Notes: generated from the letters alone by a model not told the origin. 64,000 nucleotides of DNA from Mobula hypostoma (GCF_963921235.1 NC_086109.1:21144001-21208000), one strand, 5' to 3'; shown: positions 12,400 to 25,643, counted from the stretch's first letter. Made by a program: numbers and translations.

Positions 12400-12860
12400 T
12401 TTGATAAGCTGGTGAAGGCGCATAGGTCTTCTTCAGTCAGGGCATCGAGTATATATAAGCCATTGCTGAGGCCACTTTTGGAGCATTCTATACAGTTCTG
12501 GTCACCTTGTTGTAGGAAAGATGTTATTAAACCAGAAAAAGTGAAGTAACGATTTGCCAGGATGTTGTGTGGACTTGAGGATCTAAGTTACACAGAGAGG
12601 TTATGTAGACTGGAACTTTATTCTCTCAAATGTAAGAGAGTGAGGAGTGACCTAATAGGGGTATATAAGATCATGAGGGGCAAAGACAGGATGAAAGCAT
12701 GTAGTCTTTTTCCTGGAGAGGGTTTGCTCAAAACAGGAGGATATAGGTTTAAGATCAGAGGGGAGGGATTTGAAGGGAACAGCTTCTTCACACAAAAGAT
12801 GGTGTGTATTTGGAATGAGCTCTAGCTGAATTGGACATGTTAGCAACATGTAAAGTCTAT
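12400..12860 (+). mobile_element. CR1 LINE fragment
   Basis: ORF 12562..12825: LEDLSYTERLCRLELYSLKCKRVRSDLIGVYKIMRG...FFTQKMVCIWNEL. Confidence 0.85.
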
Positions 12861-14046
12861 TGAGATGAGAGTCTAAAGTCAGGTGGCATGGAACCAGCGC
12901 TGCTTCAGGCCGAGTAATCCATGCCAGCTGTGTTGCCCAGCGAGCTCGTCCCATCCACCAGTGTTTTGCCCCATAGCCCTCTGTGTAAGAATGGGTCAGG
13001 ATCAAACTGATTCTATTCGGTGTGTGCTTTGTTTGCATAAACATGATCAAATATAACAATTTTATCTTCCCCATCTCCAGTGTACACTAATGCATCCTCT
13101 ATAATTACCTTAAGCATTCATTTGTCCAAAAGTGGTGTGCTACCTACACCATGATCTGCAGCAGTTCAGTATAGCTGCTTCGACAGCACTCTCAACACAT
13201 GACATGCAAGGACAAGGGCTGCAAAGATGTGGAAACACCACCACCTCCAGGTCTTGCTCTGTCACAAACCACCCTGACTTTGAAATACATTGGCTATTTC
13301 ATCGTGATATTTAAATCAAAACTTCAAAGTTCAGAACTGGTGAAACTTCAGTGCCATGGATTATGTGGCACAAAAAAAATGATCAACTTCTCAAGGTCAA
13401 TAGTATAATGGCACTTAATCCTAGCTGTTAATGTAGCATTAAAATTAGCATTGAAATAAATTTAAACAGACCCAATAGCTTTTTTATTGACTTTTGTTTC
13501 CTGGCCCATTATCCTGATGGTGAAATAAGGAAATTTGATGGGTGAACTAATACTGTGGATCATGTTTTTCTTTGCCTGAGAAATCAAATTGGGAACAATG
13601 GGAAATCAGCCAGATCATTCATTTTAATTTGTCACTAAATTAAATAGTAACGGGTCTGTATGTTGCTTCTGTTCCAATGTCTGTTGATACTTTTATTCAA
13701 CACAAATCCATCAGAGTTTGCCTTGTCCTTTTAACATTCACAGCCCTTTGTGTGAAAAGCAGTTTCCCAGTTTCAATTTTGAACCGAGCTCAAATTTAGG
13801 ATTAGGTTGCTTTGTTTTTGATTTTACCCAACAGAGAAAATTGATTCTCTATATTTACCTTATTGAATCCTTTTAATAATTTAAACTCTTCAATCAACTA
13901 CCCCATTCAATCTATCTAAATTCAAGTAAATGTAAGCCTAGTTTATGTAGCATAATTAAATGCCTGGTATAATTCTGGAGAATGACCTCAGCACTCTTTC
14001 CAGGGACCATAACTCCTGGATGTTGAGGCAGGTACATACTGCCTTT

Positions 14047-14428
14047 CACAGAATCCTCAGCATTGTCGAGGAACACTTCCCATCCATCTGACAATCTCTT
14101 TGGCATCCTACCGTCAGGCAGAAGGTACCGCAGTATAAGAACAAGGGCTGTTAGGCTGGGCAACAGCTTCTTCCCCCAGGCTGTGACATTTGTGAACACC
14201 CTGCTACTACCCAGTACACATTATTTATGACAGCACCTGTAACATTGTGATATGTTTAACTGTAAGTTGTATATGCACTTTATGTCAACTTGTACATCTG
14301 TTCAATTTTTAAAAATGGTCTGTTTTATACATATATATAGATATGTACCATGTTTCGCACCTTGGTCCTAAAGAGAAGTTGTTTCATTCAGCTGTTGAAT
14401 GACAATAAACTTTAACTTGAACTTGAAT
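14047..14428 (+). mobile_element. Rex1/Babar-like LINE 3' end
   Basis: Reads HPSDNLFGILPSGRRYRSIRTRAVRLGNSFFPQAV. Tail aataaactttaacttgaacttgaa. Confidence 0.7.
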
Positions 14429-14746
14429 CTGACCAAGGTTCTACATAACTGAGGTAATTATTCATTTAATCAATAGAGGCATTCAAGTTGCTTTTAGACT
14501 AACACATGGAAATGCAGGGAATAGAAGGTTATGGATCATGTGCAGGCTGAAGAGATAGGTTTAATACAGAGTAGCATTTGGTTTGGCATAGGCATTGTGG
14601 CTGAAGGGTTTGTTCCTGTGATAAGCTGTTCTACGTTCAGTGTTGTATTTCAGTACTGACTAAGTGGCTTTATGCAGCACCATCTACAGCTCTTTCACAG
14701 AGTAAAACACTTAAATGTGCACTATAAACAAAACTCGATTGGAGTC

Positions 14747-14967
14747 TGAAGCACCTTCAATTATTCCAAAAGACTGAGATTTGGTAAAATACTGAAAGAC
14801 TTTTATTCGCTGTATAATACGACCTCCTCAGTGCCCCCGGACTGAGGGGGAGGGGCAAGGCGAACACCTTTATACAGGACTCTGTGGGAGGAACCACATG
14901 GGCAGTCAGCAGAGGGGTGTGTCTAGACAGGTAACCGAGTTACAACATATATACATGGTTTACCACA
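14747..14967 (-). mobile_element. Solo LTR (221 bp)
   Basis: TG...CA termini. Identical 5-bp TSD GAGTC at 14742-46 and 14968-72. Minus strand has TATAAA followed downstream by AATAAA. Confidence 0.85.
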
Positions 14968-15069
14968 GAGTCACACAAAATTAGGGCTGATTAATTGGAG
15001 AGAGGCTCTGACAGGCACCTTACAGGAGAAAAAGCAGCAGAGAAGCTGATAGAATGTCTGCCATTGTGA

Positions 15070-16680
15070 ACCAACTAATCCAAGGGATTAGTAGGAGGTG
15101 AGGAAACCCCGTGTTGGCCAGGCTGCCCATCTGAAGCCTTGGGAGGCAGTACACTGCAGAGCTCTCTGACGGAGAAGTAGTACAGGAACAGCTCGCAGAG
15201 GGTCTGGCCGGAATTGACCGGCGTCAACCACCCAGAAACTATAAAGTGTGGTGCTACCAGTTCACAGTGTACCAAAGAGTGATGTGGCCCCTGAAAATGT
15301 GTAAAATCCCCTCATCAACAGCCGGTAGGCTGGGTGGGATAGCCAACACCTACATCCAGAAATGGCTGGGGCTGCCTCAGTGTTTCTCCGACACTGGCCT
15401 CTTCAGGAAGAACGTAGCGGCTTCCACTGAGATCCATCAGTCTGGTGTACCCGACTGGACATTGAGCTGAGTGAGTACTCTGACCCGCTGGTGAGGGGTG
15501 CCAACGCCCCAGTCTTTACCGGCCGTAAATGGAGAGCTCAAGCTGAAGCAGACCAGGCCATCAGCAGGCTGTGGCACCAAGGGGTTGTCGGCAGAGTCCA
15601 GGCTGGACATGCAGGACTTGGCTGGGGGAAAGGCCGCACGATTCTGGTCCAAGGCCTTGAAGAAAGAGAGTGGTAGTGGAGGAAGTGAAAAGGACAGGCC
15701 AGGAGTGCAACAGGGTGAAGACAGTGGCACAGGGCTGTTGGGGAAGATAGGCAACATGGGAGGGCACCAGCATCAGATCATTCAGCTCGTTTGACCTGTG
15801 GAAGGTCCTACAAACCAGATTCGGCTTCATCATCAGGACCACTTATGATACCTTGCCCTGCCCCCAGAATCTTCACCAGTGGTTCGGCAGTGAGAATAGC
15901 TGCCCCCCGTGTGATACCACCAATGCCAACCTCCAACACATCCTGGCAGAATGCAAGACTGCACTGTCCCAAGGGTGCTACAGATGGTGGAATGACCAGC
16001 TCCTAAAAAAGCTAGCAGAAATCCTAGAGACCTGAAGGTGGGATGTGAGAAACAGTCCTTCCCTAGCGGGATGACAGCTGCTTTGCCCGTTGGTTAAGGC
16101 TGGTAAGAGCGCTGAATGCTCCTTCGGGACTCTTTTTTACAGGCAAGGAGTGGAACACGGGGACAGATCTCGACAAACAGCTACAGTTCCTCACAAAAGT
16201 CACCACCACATCTCTCCACCCAGACATAGTACTGTGGTCCTCAGCTGCCAAGACAGTCCTCCTCATTGAGTAAACCATCCCATGGGAGGAAGGAGTGGAG
16301 ACTTCCCATGAGTGGAGGAGGCTGAAGTTCTCAGAGCTGGCAGAAGGATGCCATGGCTTCTTTGGTGCATCGACGACAAGTTTGCTCCATGATATGGCAG
16401 TGAGAGGAGTGAGGCTCTGGAGGGCCACTGGAGAGTTAGCTGAAGAGGCCAAAAAGGGCAGCTTTTGGCTGTGACCAAGGAGGAAGGACAGAAACTGGGG
16501 GACCAACTGCCCCCACTGGAAGCTGCAGAAGGTGGCAGTGCTCCATCACCAGGAGATATACCAGGGCCAAGGGGGCAAAACGTCATTGAGTGGTGGTCCC
16601 TGGCTGAGGACCCTGCAGCTGACCCCAGGGCTCTTTTGGAGGTGCGGCAGGCAGCGATGCCAAGCAGGAAACAACGTTTT
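15070..16680 (+). mobile_element. Decayed non-LTR retrotransposon with restriction-like endonuclease (Hero/R2-group-like)
   Basis: YKVWCYQFTVYQRVMWPL...YIQKWLGLPQCFSD (RT C-terminal region). TYDTLPCPQNLHQW..CPPC...LQHILAEC..ALSQGCYRWWNDQLL (CCHC knuckle plus decayed RHD/N). LHPDIVLWS..KTVLLIE*TIPWEE (PD..E endonuclease core). Multiple stops and frameshifts. Confidence 0.85.
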
Positions 16681-17128
16681 CCTATAAATCTCATAGAAAC
16701 ATAACTTGTTATGGTGTAATCAATTCTGCCCATCAAACTTGCGCCAGCTTCCTTTAGAGCAATCCATTTAGTTCCTATCCTAAGCTCCTGGTTGTAACAA
16801 TCTAATTACTCCGGTGCCAGTTCCCTTTTTGAAGCTTTGCTTGGCATTGTTTCCACCAGCTACACAGGTCGTAATTTTCAGATCATCCCCCTTCTTTGCA
16901 TGAAAGAGATAGATCAAATGGAAGGCCAAGGTTGAGATAGGTTTAGAACACATGAATACAAGTAAATTGGGGGAGAGCTTTCTCCATTGAAATGTGCTGT
17001 CAGGGGACTAGAAGCAGATCCACAGCAATGTTTAAGAGTCATTTAGACAAGTACATGAATAGGCTGGAATTAGAGGGGCGTGGACCATGTACAGGCAGGC
17101 GGGATTAGTTTAGAATGGTATTTAGAAT

Positions 17129-17745
17129 GGAGGGAGGAGAAGATGGCGGCACGACGCAGCGCGCATAGCCTCTCCGGTGAAATGATATCGTATCTGTTAA
17201 AAAGGGGCCATGCACAATTCTGATTTGATGGAGACAGCCGTGAGAGCACGGAGGAACATCTGGAGTAACTTCTGAAATGCCCGGTTCGCTGCCGCTGCTA
17301 CTGTACAATCGAGAATCTCCGGAGGGAAGGCCCCAAAATCCTCGGCTTTCCCTGCTGCTGGCGACCGGGGCTGGGGTCGAAGTGTTCGGCGGAGATGGTG
17401 CTCAGTGCTCGGTGTCAAGCTCGAAGTTTTCGGACGACTCAGAGCCGGACTGTGGTTGGGCATGGCAGGGAGAGTTTTCTTCCTTCTCCCGTCTGCGTGA
17501 GATGTGGACTTTTGAGAGACTTTGGACTTTTTTACCGTGCTCACGTCCTCCTTATCAAGTTATGGTATTGCTTGCACTGTTGTAACTATATGTTATAATT
17601 ATGTGGTTTTTGTCAGTTTTCAGTCTTGGTCTGTCCTGTGTTTCTGTGATATCACACCGGAGGAATATTGTATCATTTCTTAATGCATGCATTACTAAAT
17701 GACAATAAAGAAGGACTGCGTGTCCTCATAATCTAATCTAATCTA
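17129..17745 (+). mobile_element. CpG-rich non-autonomous retroelement inserted in a CR1 tail
   Basis: Head aagatggcggc. Tail aataaag...tcctcataatctaatctaatcta. A second copy lies inverted at 30612-31200. Confidence 0.75.
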
Positions 17746-18709
17746 TTATAGTTGATGTAGACCTGGTCGACTGAAGGTGCTGTTCCTGTGCTGTATTGTT
17801 CTAAGTTTTATGAAAAAAATGCAGAAGATATGAAGGGTCTCTGCCTGAAACGTCGATGGTTTATTCCTCTCCATTGACGATGCCTGACTTGCTGATTTCC
17901 TCCAGCATTTTGTGCATGTTACTTTGGATTTCCAGCATCTGCAAAATCTCTTGTATTTAGGAAACAGGGTTTATAAATTGAGGGTGAACAGTGATATAAG
18001 GAATTTGATCAGAGACAACCTTACCTGTGATGGACAGCATTGCCAATTGAACTGTGTTCCAGTGAATGCAACCCCAGCCAGCTCTCCTAAACTTGTATTT
18101 TTGTTTCAGTCAGTCTGAGTGAGGTCTATGAGGAGTTGCCATTGACGACCACCGATCTGCAACACCCATAACCAGTCTGTGAGAAATTAACTGAAAATTA
18201 CACTGACCTTTCAGAATCAGCTCTTCAATTATTCCCTATTTTGCCTTCATTACATTGGTCCATTTTTATTTTTGGAAGATAACACAAGTTGCTTTGTGGA
18301 AGATTCTGCATGAATTTACTAAGTAATCACCCATATCTTTCCCGTTGCTGGGCATCTTTTTGTAGCTGTGCTGAGTGAAGGTTTCACTGTTAGAGGTGCA
18401 AATGGGAAACCAAGTTAAATTAAAGCCCCCTCTGCTCTCTTGGGTGAATGTAATTAAATTCACAGCCATCATGGAAAGAGCAGGGAGGTTGTGCACAGTG
18501 TCCTGGTCCATAATCATCTCTTGGTCGTCACTGCTGGAGCAGATAATTTATCTCACTGCTTTTGACAGGTCTTGAACGTGCATAGGGGGATGTTATATTG
18601 TGGGAGAGACTTCAATGAATCATACATCAAAAGTGCCCAGTTGGTTACAAGGAACCGTTCTAGCTATGAAATGGAATATATATTATACTAAAATGTTATA
18701 AAAGTTCTT

Positions 18710-19325
18710 TAAAAGTTCAGAGTAAATTTTATTATCAGAGTACATGTATATCACCACATACAACCCTGAGGTTCTTTTTCCTGCACGCACGCTCCACAAA
18801 TCCCTAGAATAATATCTATAAGAAGATCAATGAAAGATCAACCAGAGTGCCGAAGACAACAAACTCTGCAAGTGCAAATACAAATAAATAGCAATAAATA
18901 ACAAGAACATGAAATCACAAAATAAAGAGTCCTTAAGCTGAGACAGTTGGTTGTGAGAACATCTTAATAGATGAGTGTACTTGTCCCCTATTGTTCAAGA
19001 GACTAATGGTTGAGGGGTAGTAACTGTTCTTGAACCTGGTGGTGCAAGTCCTGAGACTCCTGTACCTTCTACCTGATGGCAGCAGTGAAAAAAGAGCATG
19101 ACCTGGGTGGTGAGGATCTCTGATTATGGAAGTTGCTTTTCCACAACAACATTTCATGTAGATGTGCTCAATAGTTGGGAGGGCTTTACCCTTGACGTAC
19201 TGGCCCAAATCTACTATGTTTTGTAGGATTTTCTGTTTAAAGACATTGATGTTCCCATACCAGATTGTAAGGCAGCCGGTCAATACACTCTCCACTACAC
19301 AACTATAGCAGTTTGTCAAAGTTGC
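18710..19325 (-). mobile_element. Rex1/Babar-like LINE 3' fragment
   Basis: ORF 18933..19319: VESVLTGCLTIWYGN...DPHHPGHALFSLLPSGRRYRSLRTCTTRFKNSYYP. Confidence 0.85.
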
Positions 19326-19684
19326 GCCACTGCAATTTCAAATTCAATGCTGCTGTTATCATTCACAAATATAGTTACAGTGACTCAAATACGCAAATGT
19401 TTTTATTAAGTTTTGGTTTGATTCTTGAGATCTGACATCTTGTTTCACTTTGGGCATAGCAAGAACTCTTGAGTTATTCGTCAGTAGCTCAGCAACTTCC
19501 GGTGGCTGGGTAGTGTCCGGATGGCACCGGGCCCAAACACTAATCAATCTGAAACATAGCATCTTCTAATTTCTTCATGATTGTGGATACGTTCTTCGCT
19601 GTAACCTTCTGCAACCTTCACAGTCTCGATGTAAATTGTAGGTTCCCAATTTCCATTATTTTACCATTTTTCTTCATGCCTTCC

Positions 19685-20485
19685 AGTTCAATTTCAAGTT
19701 TGAGTTTAATTGTCATTAAACCATACATGAATACCCATGAATACAGCCAAACGAAACAGCGTTACTCTGCGGCCAAGGAACAAAACACGGCACCAACAGT
19801 CATACACAGCACAAGGCACATATAGCATATATAAGGTAGCAAGCACATATAAGATACCAGTAAAATACAGTCACACAAAAAAAAGTCCAAGACCCTGAGT
19901 CCATGAATGTTGCAGCAGTCTGCAGTTGAAAACAATATGGCTTGTCTTCTGCTGCGCCAACACTGAGGGGAAGCACCAACTCCAGCTTAGACGTTGCACC
20001 ACACTGCCCTCGACACACCGGTAGAGCTCACTGACTCCACTGCCTCTCTCCTAGGTGGCTGTAAATAGGTGACACTGCAGCTTGAGGCCTGGTCCTCACT
20101 ATTACCGAGGCCACGCAGCTCTCCCCGTTCCAACAATAAATCATTGAATCAGACTTGTAGCATTCCACATTAACAATGTCCAACAGTGTCCTGCAATCAC
20201 AGGAAAAGCCACTAAGATGATCATTTGCTGCTAGGCTGCACGCCACCTTTGCGCACCGACTTCTCTGACGCTGCTCTGATGTGGGCAGCAGCACGAGCCA
20301 GAGCAAGTCCAGCTCTTTCAGTCTCTCTGCCAAAGAGCAACTTGCTGATGCGGTAGACCTGCAGTAGTAACAAAGTTCTTAATGTCCAGCAGGGTCTTGC
20401 ATTCGTAAAAAAAATGTTTAAGAAAGACAATAATAGCCTTTGCTGGTCCCGCAGAAGCCACTGCAATTGAGCACATTGCCATCCT
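19685..20485 (-). mobile_element. Non-autonomous retroelement with a Rex1-like tail
   Basis: Tail (ttcaagtttgagtttaattgtcatt...gtatgtatg on the minus strand) resembles 59262-59350. No coding capacity. Confidence 0.5.
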
Positions 20486-20514
20486 ACCAAGAAGTCAGAG
20501 CCCCAATCTCTAAA

Positions 20515-21000
20515 TATAGAAACATAGAAATCTACAGCACATTACAGGCCCATCGGCCCACAGTGTTGTGCCAACCATGTAACCTACTCTAGAAATTGTC
20601 TAGGTTTTCCCTACCACATAGCCCGTCTATTTTTCTAAGCTCTATCTAAAAGTCTCCTAAAAGACCCTATTGTATCCGCCTTTACCACCTTCGTTGGCAG
20701 TGCATTCCATACACCCACCACTCTCTGTGCAAAAAACTTACCTCTGACATCTGCCTTGTCCCTACTTCCAAGCACCTTAGAACTATGGCCCCTCGTGTTA
20801 GCTATTTCAGCCTCTGTCTATCCACATGATCAATGCCTCTTATCATCTTATACACCTCTATCAGGTCACCCCTCATTGACTGTCACTCCAAGGAGAAAAG
20901 GCTAAGTTCACTCAACCTATTCTCTTAAGGCATGGTCTCCAATCCAGGAAACATCCTTGTAGATCTCCTCTGCACTCTCTCTGTAGTATCCACATCCTTC
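20515..21000 (-). mobile_element. CR1 LINE 3' end
   Basis: atagaaacatagaaa tail repeat. Reverse complement of the 58740-59230 type sequence. Confidence 0.85.
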
Positions 21001-21317
21001 CGCTGAAGTTTCTTCTCAGACACTGGGAATTAGGCGTCATGTATTAACGTGGATTTAGGAATGTGAACAAATAAACAACAGAGATTTGAAATAAATAAGT
21101 CATTTACAAGTTAATCGAACTTAACTATTGGGACCAGAGCTTAACTAGTCAGAATAGAGGAGACTGAGGGTTCCATTTTCTCACAATACAAGGTTAGGTG
21201 GGAAAGTAGGCAAACAAGTTTGGTCTACAGAGAAGTTGCAAAGAAGCAAGGAGACCTATTAAGTGAGTGGGAAAGAGGGTTATAGAATATTGTGTACATA
21301 GTTAAAGAAAATTTTGT

Positions 21318-21705
21318 TGCAGTTTGTTCGTCTGTTATGTGCCATGTCGTACAATGTTGGCGATCTTGGTCTTTCCATGATCATGATTGTATTTGGCAAA
21401 TTTTTCTGCAGAAGTGGTTTGCTATTGCCTTCTCCTGGGCAGTGTCTTTACAAGGCAGGTGACCCCAGCCATTATCAATACTCTTCAGAGATTGTCTGCC
21501 TGGCGTCAGTGGTCAATAACCAGGACTTGTGATATGCACTGGCTGCTCTTACAACCATCCACCATCTGCTCCCATGGCTTCACATGACCCTGATTGGGGT
21601 GGGGGGTGGGGGCTACACCTTGCCCAAGGGCAACCTGCAGGCTAGTGGAGGGCAGGAACACCTTACACCTTCTTTGGTAGAGACAAATCTCTACCCTGTC
21701 ATCCA
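21318..21705 (-). mobile_element. SINE-like dispersed repeat (other copies 7880-8045, 50140-50495)
   Basis: Shared gtgaccccagccattatcaatactcttcagagattgtctg and ctacaccttgcccaagg..gacctgcaggctag. Confidence 0.75.
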
Positions 21706-23009
21706 ATTTGCTACAATTATATAGTCCTTTCGCAAGACCATGGTTGGAATGCCTTGTACAGTTCTGGTCTCCTCACGTAACAAACAAAATACCTGCCCTG
21801 GTAAATGCAGTTCACTCCATTTACTAAATTCATTAGACTGATGACTGAAATGAGAGGATTAAACCTTGGGAATGAATAAGATGTGCTTCAATGTTGCAGG
21901 GATCAGAAGAGTGAAATTCTTAGAGGGGTTATCGGGGTCAATGTAGAGAAGTTACCTTCCAGGAATGTAGAGTCTTGACTTGGAGTTAGTCGTAGGGTAA
22001 GGGCTTGGTAGTTTCAAGCCAAGGTGAGGTAAAATTCTTTCAGGTTTCTGAATCTATGGAACTCTCTATCCTTCTGCATTGGAGAAATTTGGTCATTGAT
22101 TGATTTTTGCATGGGGTGGGGGGTGGAATTCAGAGTTAAGGTGGGGAATATAGTCAACAGCCTTGATCTTCAGGAATGTTGGAAAAGTCTTGATGGAGTG
22201 TATAGATGACTTGTGTTCTTGTGTGCTTTATTACGTCTGTGACTACTCTTAACAAATAGCTCTTTATTGAATGTAAAGTTCACTGGGACATCTTGATGCT
22301 TTGAAATGCTCTGCATAAAAGCATCATTCTCTGCTGTCAAGAAAATTGAATCCACAGAATTGGTGTTGCTAGTCTCGTGCCATGCTCACCAGCGGACCCT
22401 ACACTATATTCGATCCGGACAGTAACAATGCAGAAATCGTCAATACTTTTGGAAGCTGCTTGGTGGGTTTAATAGGTATCACAGTGCATAGGCTCCCTGT
22501 GGATTACTCCTAATTGAATTGCTTCATTCTAGATGCACCCATGTGCTTGTCTCCTCCAAGAGAGCATCCAGTTGAGACCGGCTAATGTACACGCCATAAG
22601 ACTGCAATGCTAAAGAGGTACAGTGCTGCTCATTGACTTCTCTCATCTACACTGCACACTTATTTATTTTGAAGTGCGCTGGTGACTGCATCTTCTTTAT
22701 AATGCATGAAGGGAATGGAAATGATTTAAAGTGCGGGATCATCCAGCAAATGCATCTGAGCTCTTAACAACAAAACCATTTATTATCATTCCTGAAAAAA
22801 AATACACAAAAATCAATGGAGAGAATAAAATCTCAGGCATTTCTTTAAGAGTTAGGCAGGATTAAAGGGAGAATGAATTGGAGTTGAGCCCAGGCTGTCT
22901 TGTGAAATGTTACAGAGATATTCATTGGACCTTAATAACAAAAATAATTAAGTTTTATGGTATATATTGTTGGCTCTCACATAGACTGGAGTGTTTCGCT
23001 ACTGTGGCC

Positions 23010-24235
23010 AATAGAACATTACAACACAGTACAGGCCCTTTTGTCCATGATGCTGTGAACTACTTTTTGAACTACTCTCAGATTAATTCAACCCTTCTGT
23101 CCCACATACCCCTTCATTTTTCCATCATCCATGTGCCTCTCTAAAAGTTTATTAAATACCCCTGAAGGATCTGCCTCTACCACCTCCCCTGGCAGGGTGA
23201 TCCATACATTCACTATTGTCTGTATAAAAACTTACCTCTGATATCGCCCCTATACTTTCCTCCAATCACTTGAAAATGATGCCCCCTTACATTAGGCATT
23301 TCCACCCTGGCTATCCACTTGATTTATGCCCCTGATCATCTTGCACGCCTCTATCAAGTCACTTCTCCTCTTCCTTGAGTCAGACATGCTCTCTAATTCA
23401 GGCAGCGTCCTGGTAAATTTCCCCTGCCCTCTCTCAAAAGTTTCTTAAAAGCATCATTGCTCTCTAAAGTAATGTTACAGCATAGGAAAGGAAGATGGAT
23501 TGTTGGGTCTGCATTTTATCACTGTAGTCTCGTGGAATTTATTTTAATCACCTTTAGTGAGGTAGAAAATAATTCCTTGAAGTAGCGTTCCAGGTAGATG
23601 GGGTCGTTAAGAGAACTTCTGGCACATTGACCTTCATAAATTAATGTATTGAGTACAGGAGTTGGAATTTGTTGTTGAAGTTGTATACAACATTGATGAG
23701 GCTAAATTTGGAATGTTGCATGCAGTTCTGGTCAACAGGAAAGACATCAATAAAATTGAAAGAGTACAGAGAAAATTTAAAAGTATGTTGCCGGGACTAG
23801 AGAACTTGAGGTACAGGGAAAAGTTGAGTAGGTTAGGACTTTATTCACTGGAGTGTGGGAGAATGAAGGGGATTTGATAGAGATAAATTATGAGGGGTAT
23901 AGATAGAGTAAATGCAACAGGATTTTCCACAAAGACAGGAACAGAACTAGAGCATTTGGCTCAAGTCTCCTCTGCTATTTCAAGATAGTTGATTTATTTT
24001 CCCTCTCCACCCTATTCTATGCCTTCTCCCTGTAACCTCTTATGCTCTTACTAATCAAGAACCAACCAACCTCCACTTTAAATATAGCCAATGACCTGCC
24101 CTCTGCAACTGTCTGTGGCAATGAATTCCACAGATTCACCACCCTCTGGTGAAAGAAATACCTCCTCATCTCTGTTCTAAAGGGATACCTTTCTGTTCTG
24201 AGGCTATGTCCTTGGTTTAGACTTTACCTCAATTG
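23010..24235. mobile_element. Cluster of CR1 fragments (23010-23440 -, 23575-23925 +, 23940-24235 -)
   Basis: ORF 23662..23877 includes RKDINKIERVQRKFKSMLPGLENLRYREKLSRLGLYSLE. The flanking pieces match CR1 3' ends. Confidence 0.75.
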
Positions 24236-24329
24236 GAGAGTCTAAAGTAAGAAATTTTTAAGAGGAAGCAGTTTACAAAAATACTATGCTCTTTCCTCAG
24301 TTAAAATGCTGTCTCCTTTTCTCAGTTAC

Positions 24330-25485
24330 TTTGTCTCCGCAGGATCTGTTCCCAGGATGTTGCTTTCCTTTCCAGGATATTAGAGAAGTCCTCCTCCTTC
24401 AAAGAACTGGGCTCCCCTTCCTCCACCAGAGATGCTGCCCTCACCCGCATCACCTACATTTTCCAAATATCTGCACTCCCCCATTTTCCAGCCACCTTAA
24501 CAGTGATAGAGTTCCTCTTGTCCTTACCTACCACCCATGAGCCTCCACATCCAACACATCATCCTCCACAACTCCTGTTATCTCCAAAGGAATTCTACCA
24601 CTAAGCATATCATTACCTACCCATACTCTCTGTTTTTCACAAGTACTGCACTCTCCACGATTCCCTTGTCTATTTGTCCCTCCCCATTAATCTCCCACCT
24701 GACACTTATCTCTGCAAGCGGCTGAAGGGCTACACCTGCCTATTCACCTCCACCCTCACCTCCGTTCAGGGCACAAAACAGTCCTTTCAGGTGAGGCAGC
24801 ACTTCAGCTGCACATCTGCTGGGGTCATCTGTTGTGTCTGGTGCTCCTGATGTGCTCTCTTCTACATTGGTGAGACCCCTCGTAAACTGGGGGACAGCCT
24901 CCTCGAGCAGCTGAGCTCCATCCACCAAAAGCCGAACTTCCCGGTGCCCAAACATTTTAATTCTGATTCCCATTCCCATTCCATCATGTCAGTCCATTGC
25001 CCTGTCTTATGCCAGGATGATGCCAGCCTCAGGGTGGAGGAGCAACACCTTATATTCCATCTGGGTAGCATCCAACCTGATGGCATGAATATCGATTTCT
25101 CTTTCCGGTAAAAGATATTTTCCCTCCCCTACCCCCCACCCCCTTTCTATTCCTCACTCTGGCTTCTTAACTGCTCCAGGATCTCCTCTTCCTTCCCTTT
25201 CTCCTATGGTCCACTCTCCTCTCTTATCAGGTTCTTTCCTGTCCAGTCTTTTACCTTTCCTACCCACCTGGCTTCACCTATCTCCTTCTAGCTACCCTCA
25301 TTCATCTCCCTCCACCTTTTCTATTCTGGCATCTTCTCCATTCCTTTCCAGTCCTGAAGAAGGGTCTCGGTCCAAAATGTCGACTCTTTATCCATTACCA
25401 TAGATACCACTGGATCTGCTGAGTTCCTTCAGCATTTTGTTTGTGTTGCTTTGGATTTCCAGCATCTATAGATTTCTCTCGTGTT
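24330..25485 (+). mobile_element. Penelope-like element 3' half (GIY-YIG region plus terminal repeat), ending ~40 bp before the first TAFA coding exon
   Basis: DRVPLVLTYHP...HFSCTSAGVICCVWCS.CALFYIGETPRKLG.. motif, then a pyrimidine-rich tract and the terminal motif gatctgctgagttccttcagcattttg. Confidence 0.85.
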
Positions 25486-25528
25486 TCAAGAATAAAACCT
25501 TATTTCTATTTTACAAATTCCTTGCAGG

Positions 25529-25643
25529 ATGAGTGGGAAGTATATACGGAACGTGGGCAAATGGATTATTCTGTTCACCATTTGCCTGATACCTACTTTA
25601 GGAAGAGTGAGTCTGGCTTCAACCCATCACCGCAGCCACTCAG
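25529..25643 (+). CDS. TAFA3: TAFA/FAM19A family gene, first coding exon (signal peptide)
   Basis: Acceptor ttccttgcAG (25526-27), one UTR base G, then ATG at 25529. Reads MSGKYIRNVGKWIILFTICLIPTLGRVSLASTHHRSHS+G, with a basic N-region and hydrophobic core. Strong donor G|gtaagt at 25644. 115 coding nt, phase 1, compatible with the next exon. Not present in the ORF track in this frame. Confidence 0.88.

Noticed and set aside
17129..17520. CpG-rich stretch as a possible TAFA promoter CpG island
   Set aside because: It is a dispersed repeat (second copy at 30612-31200) with a retroelement tail.
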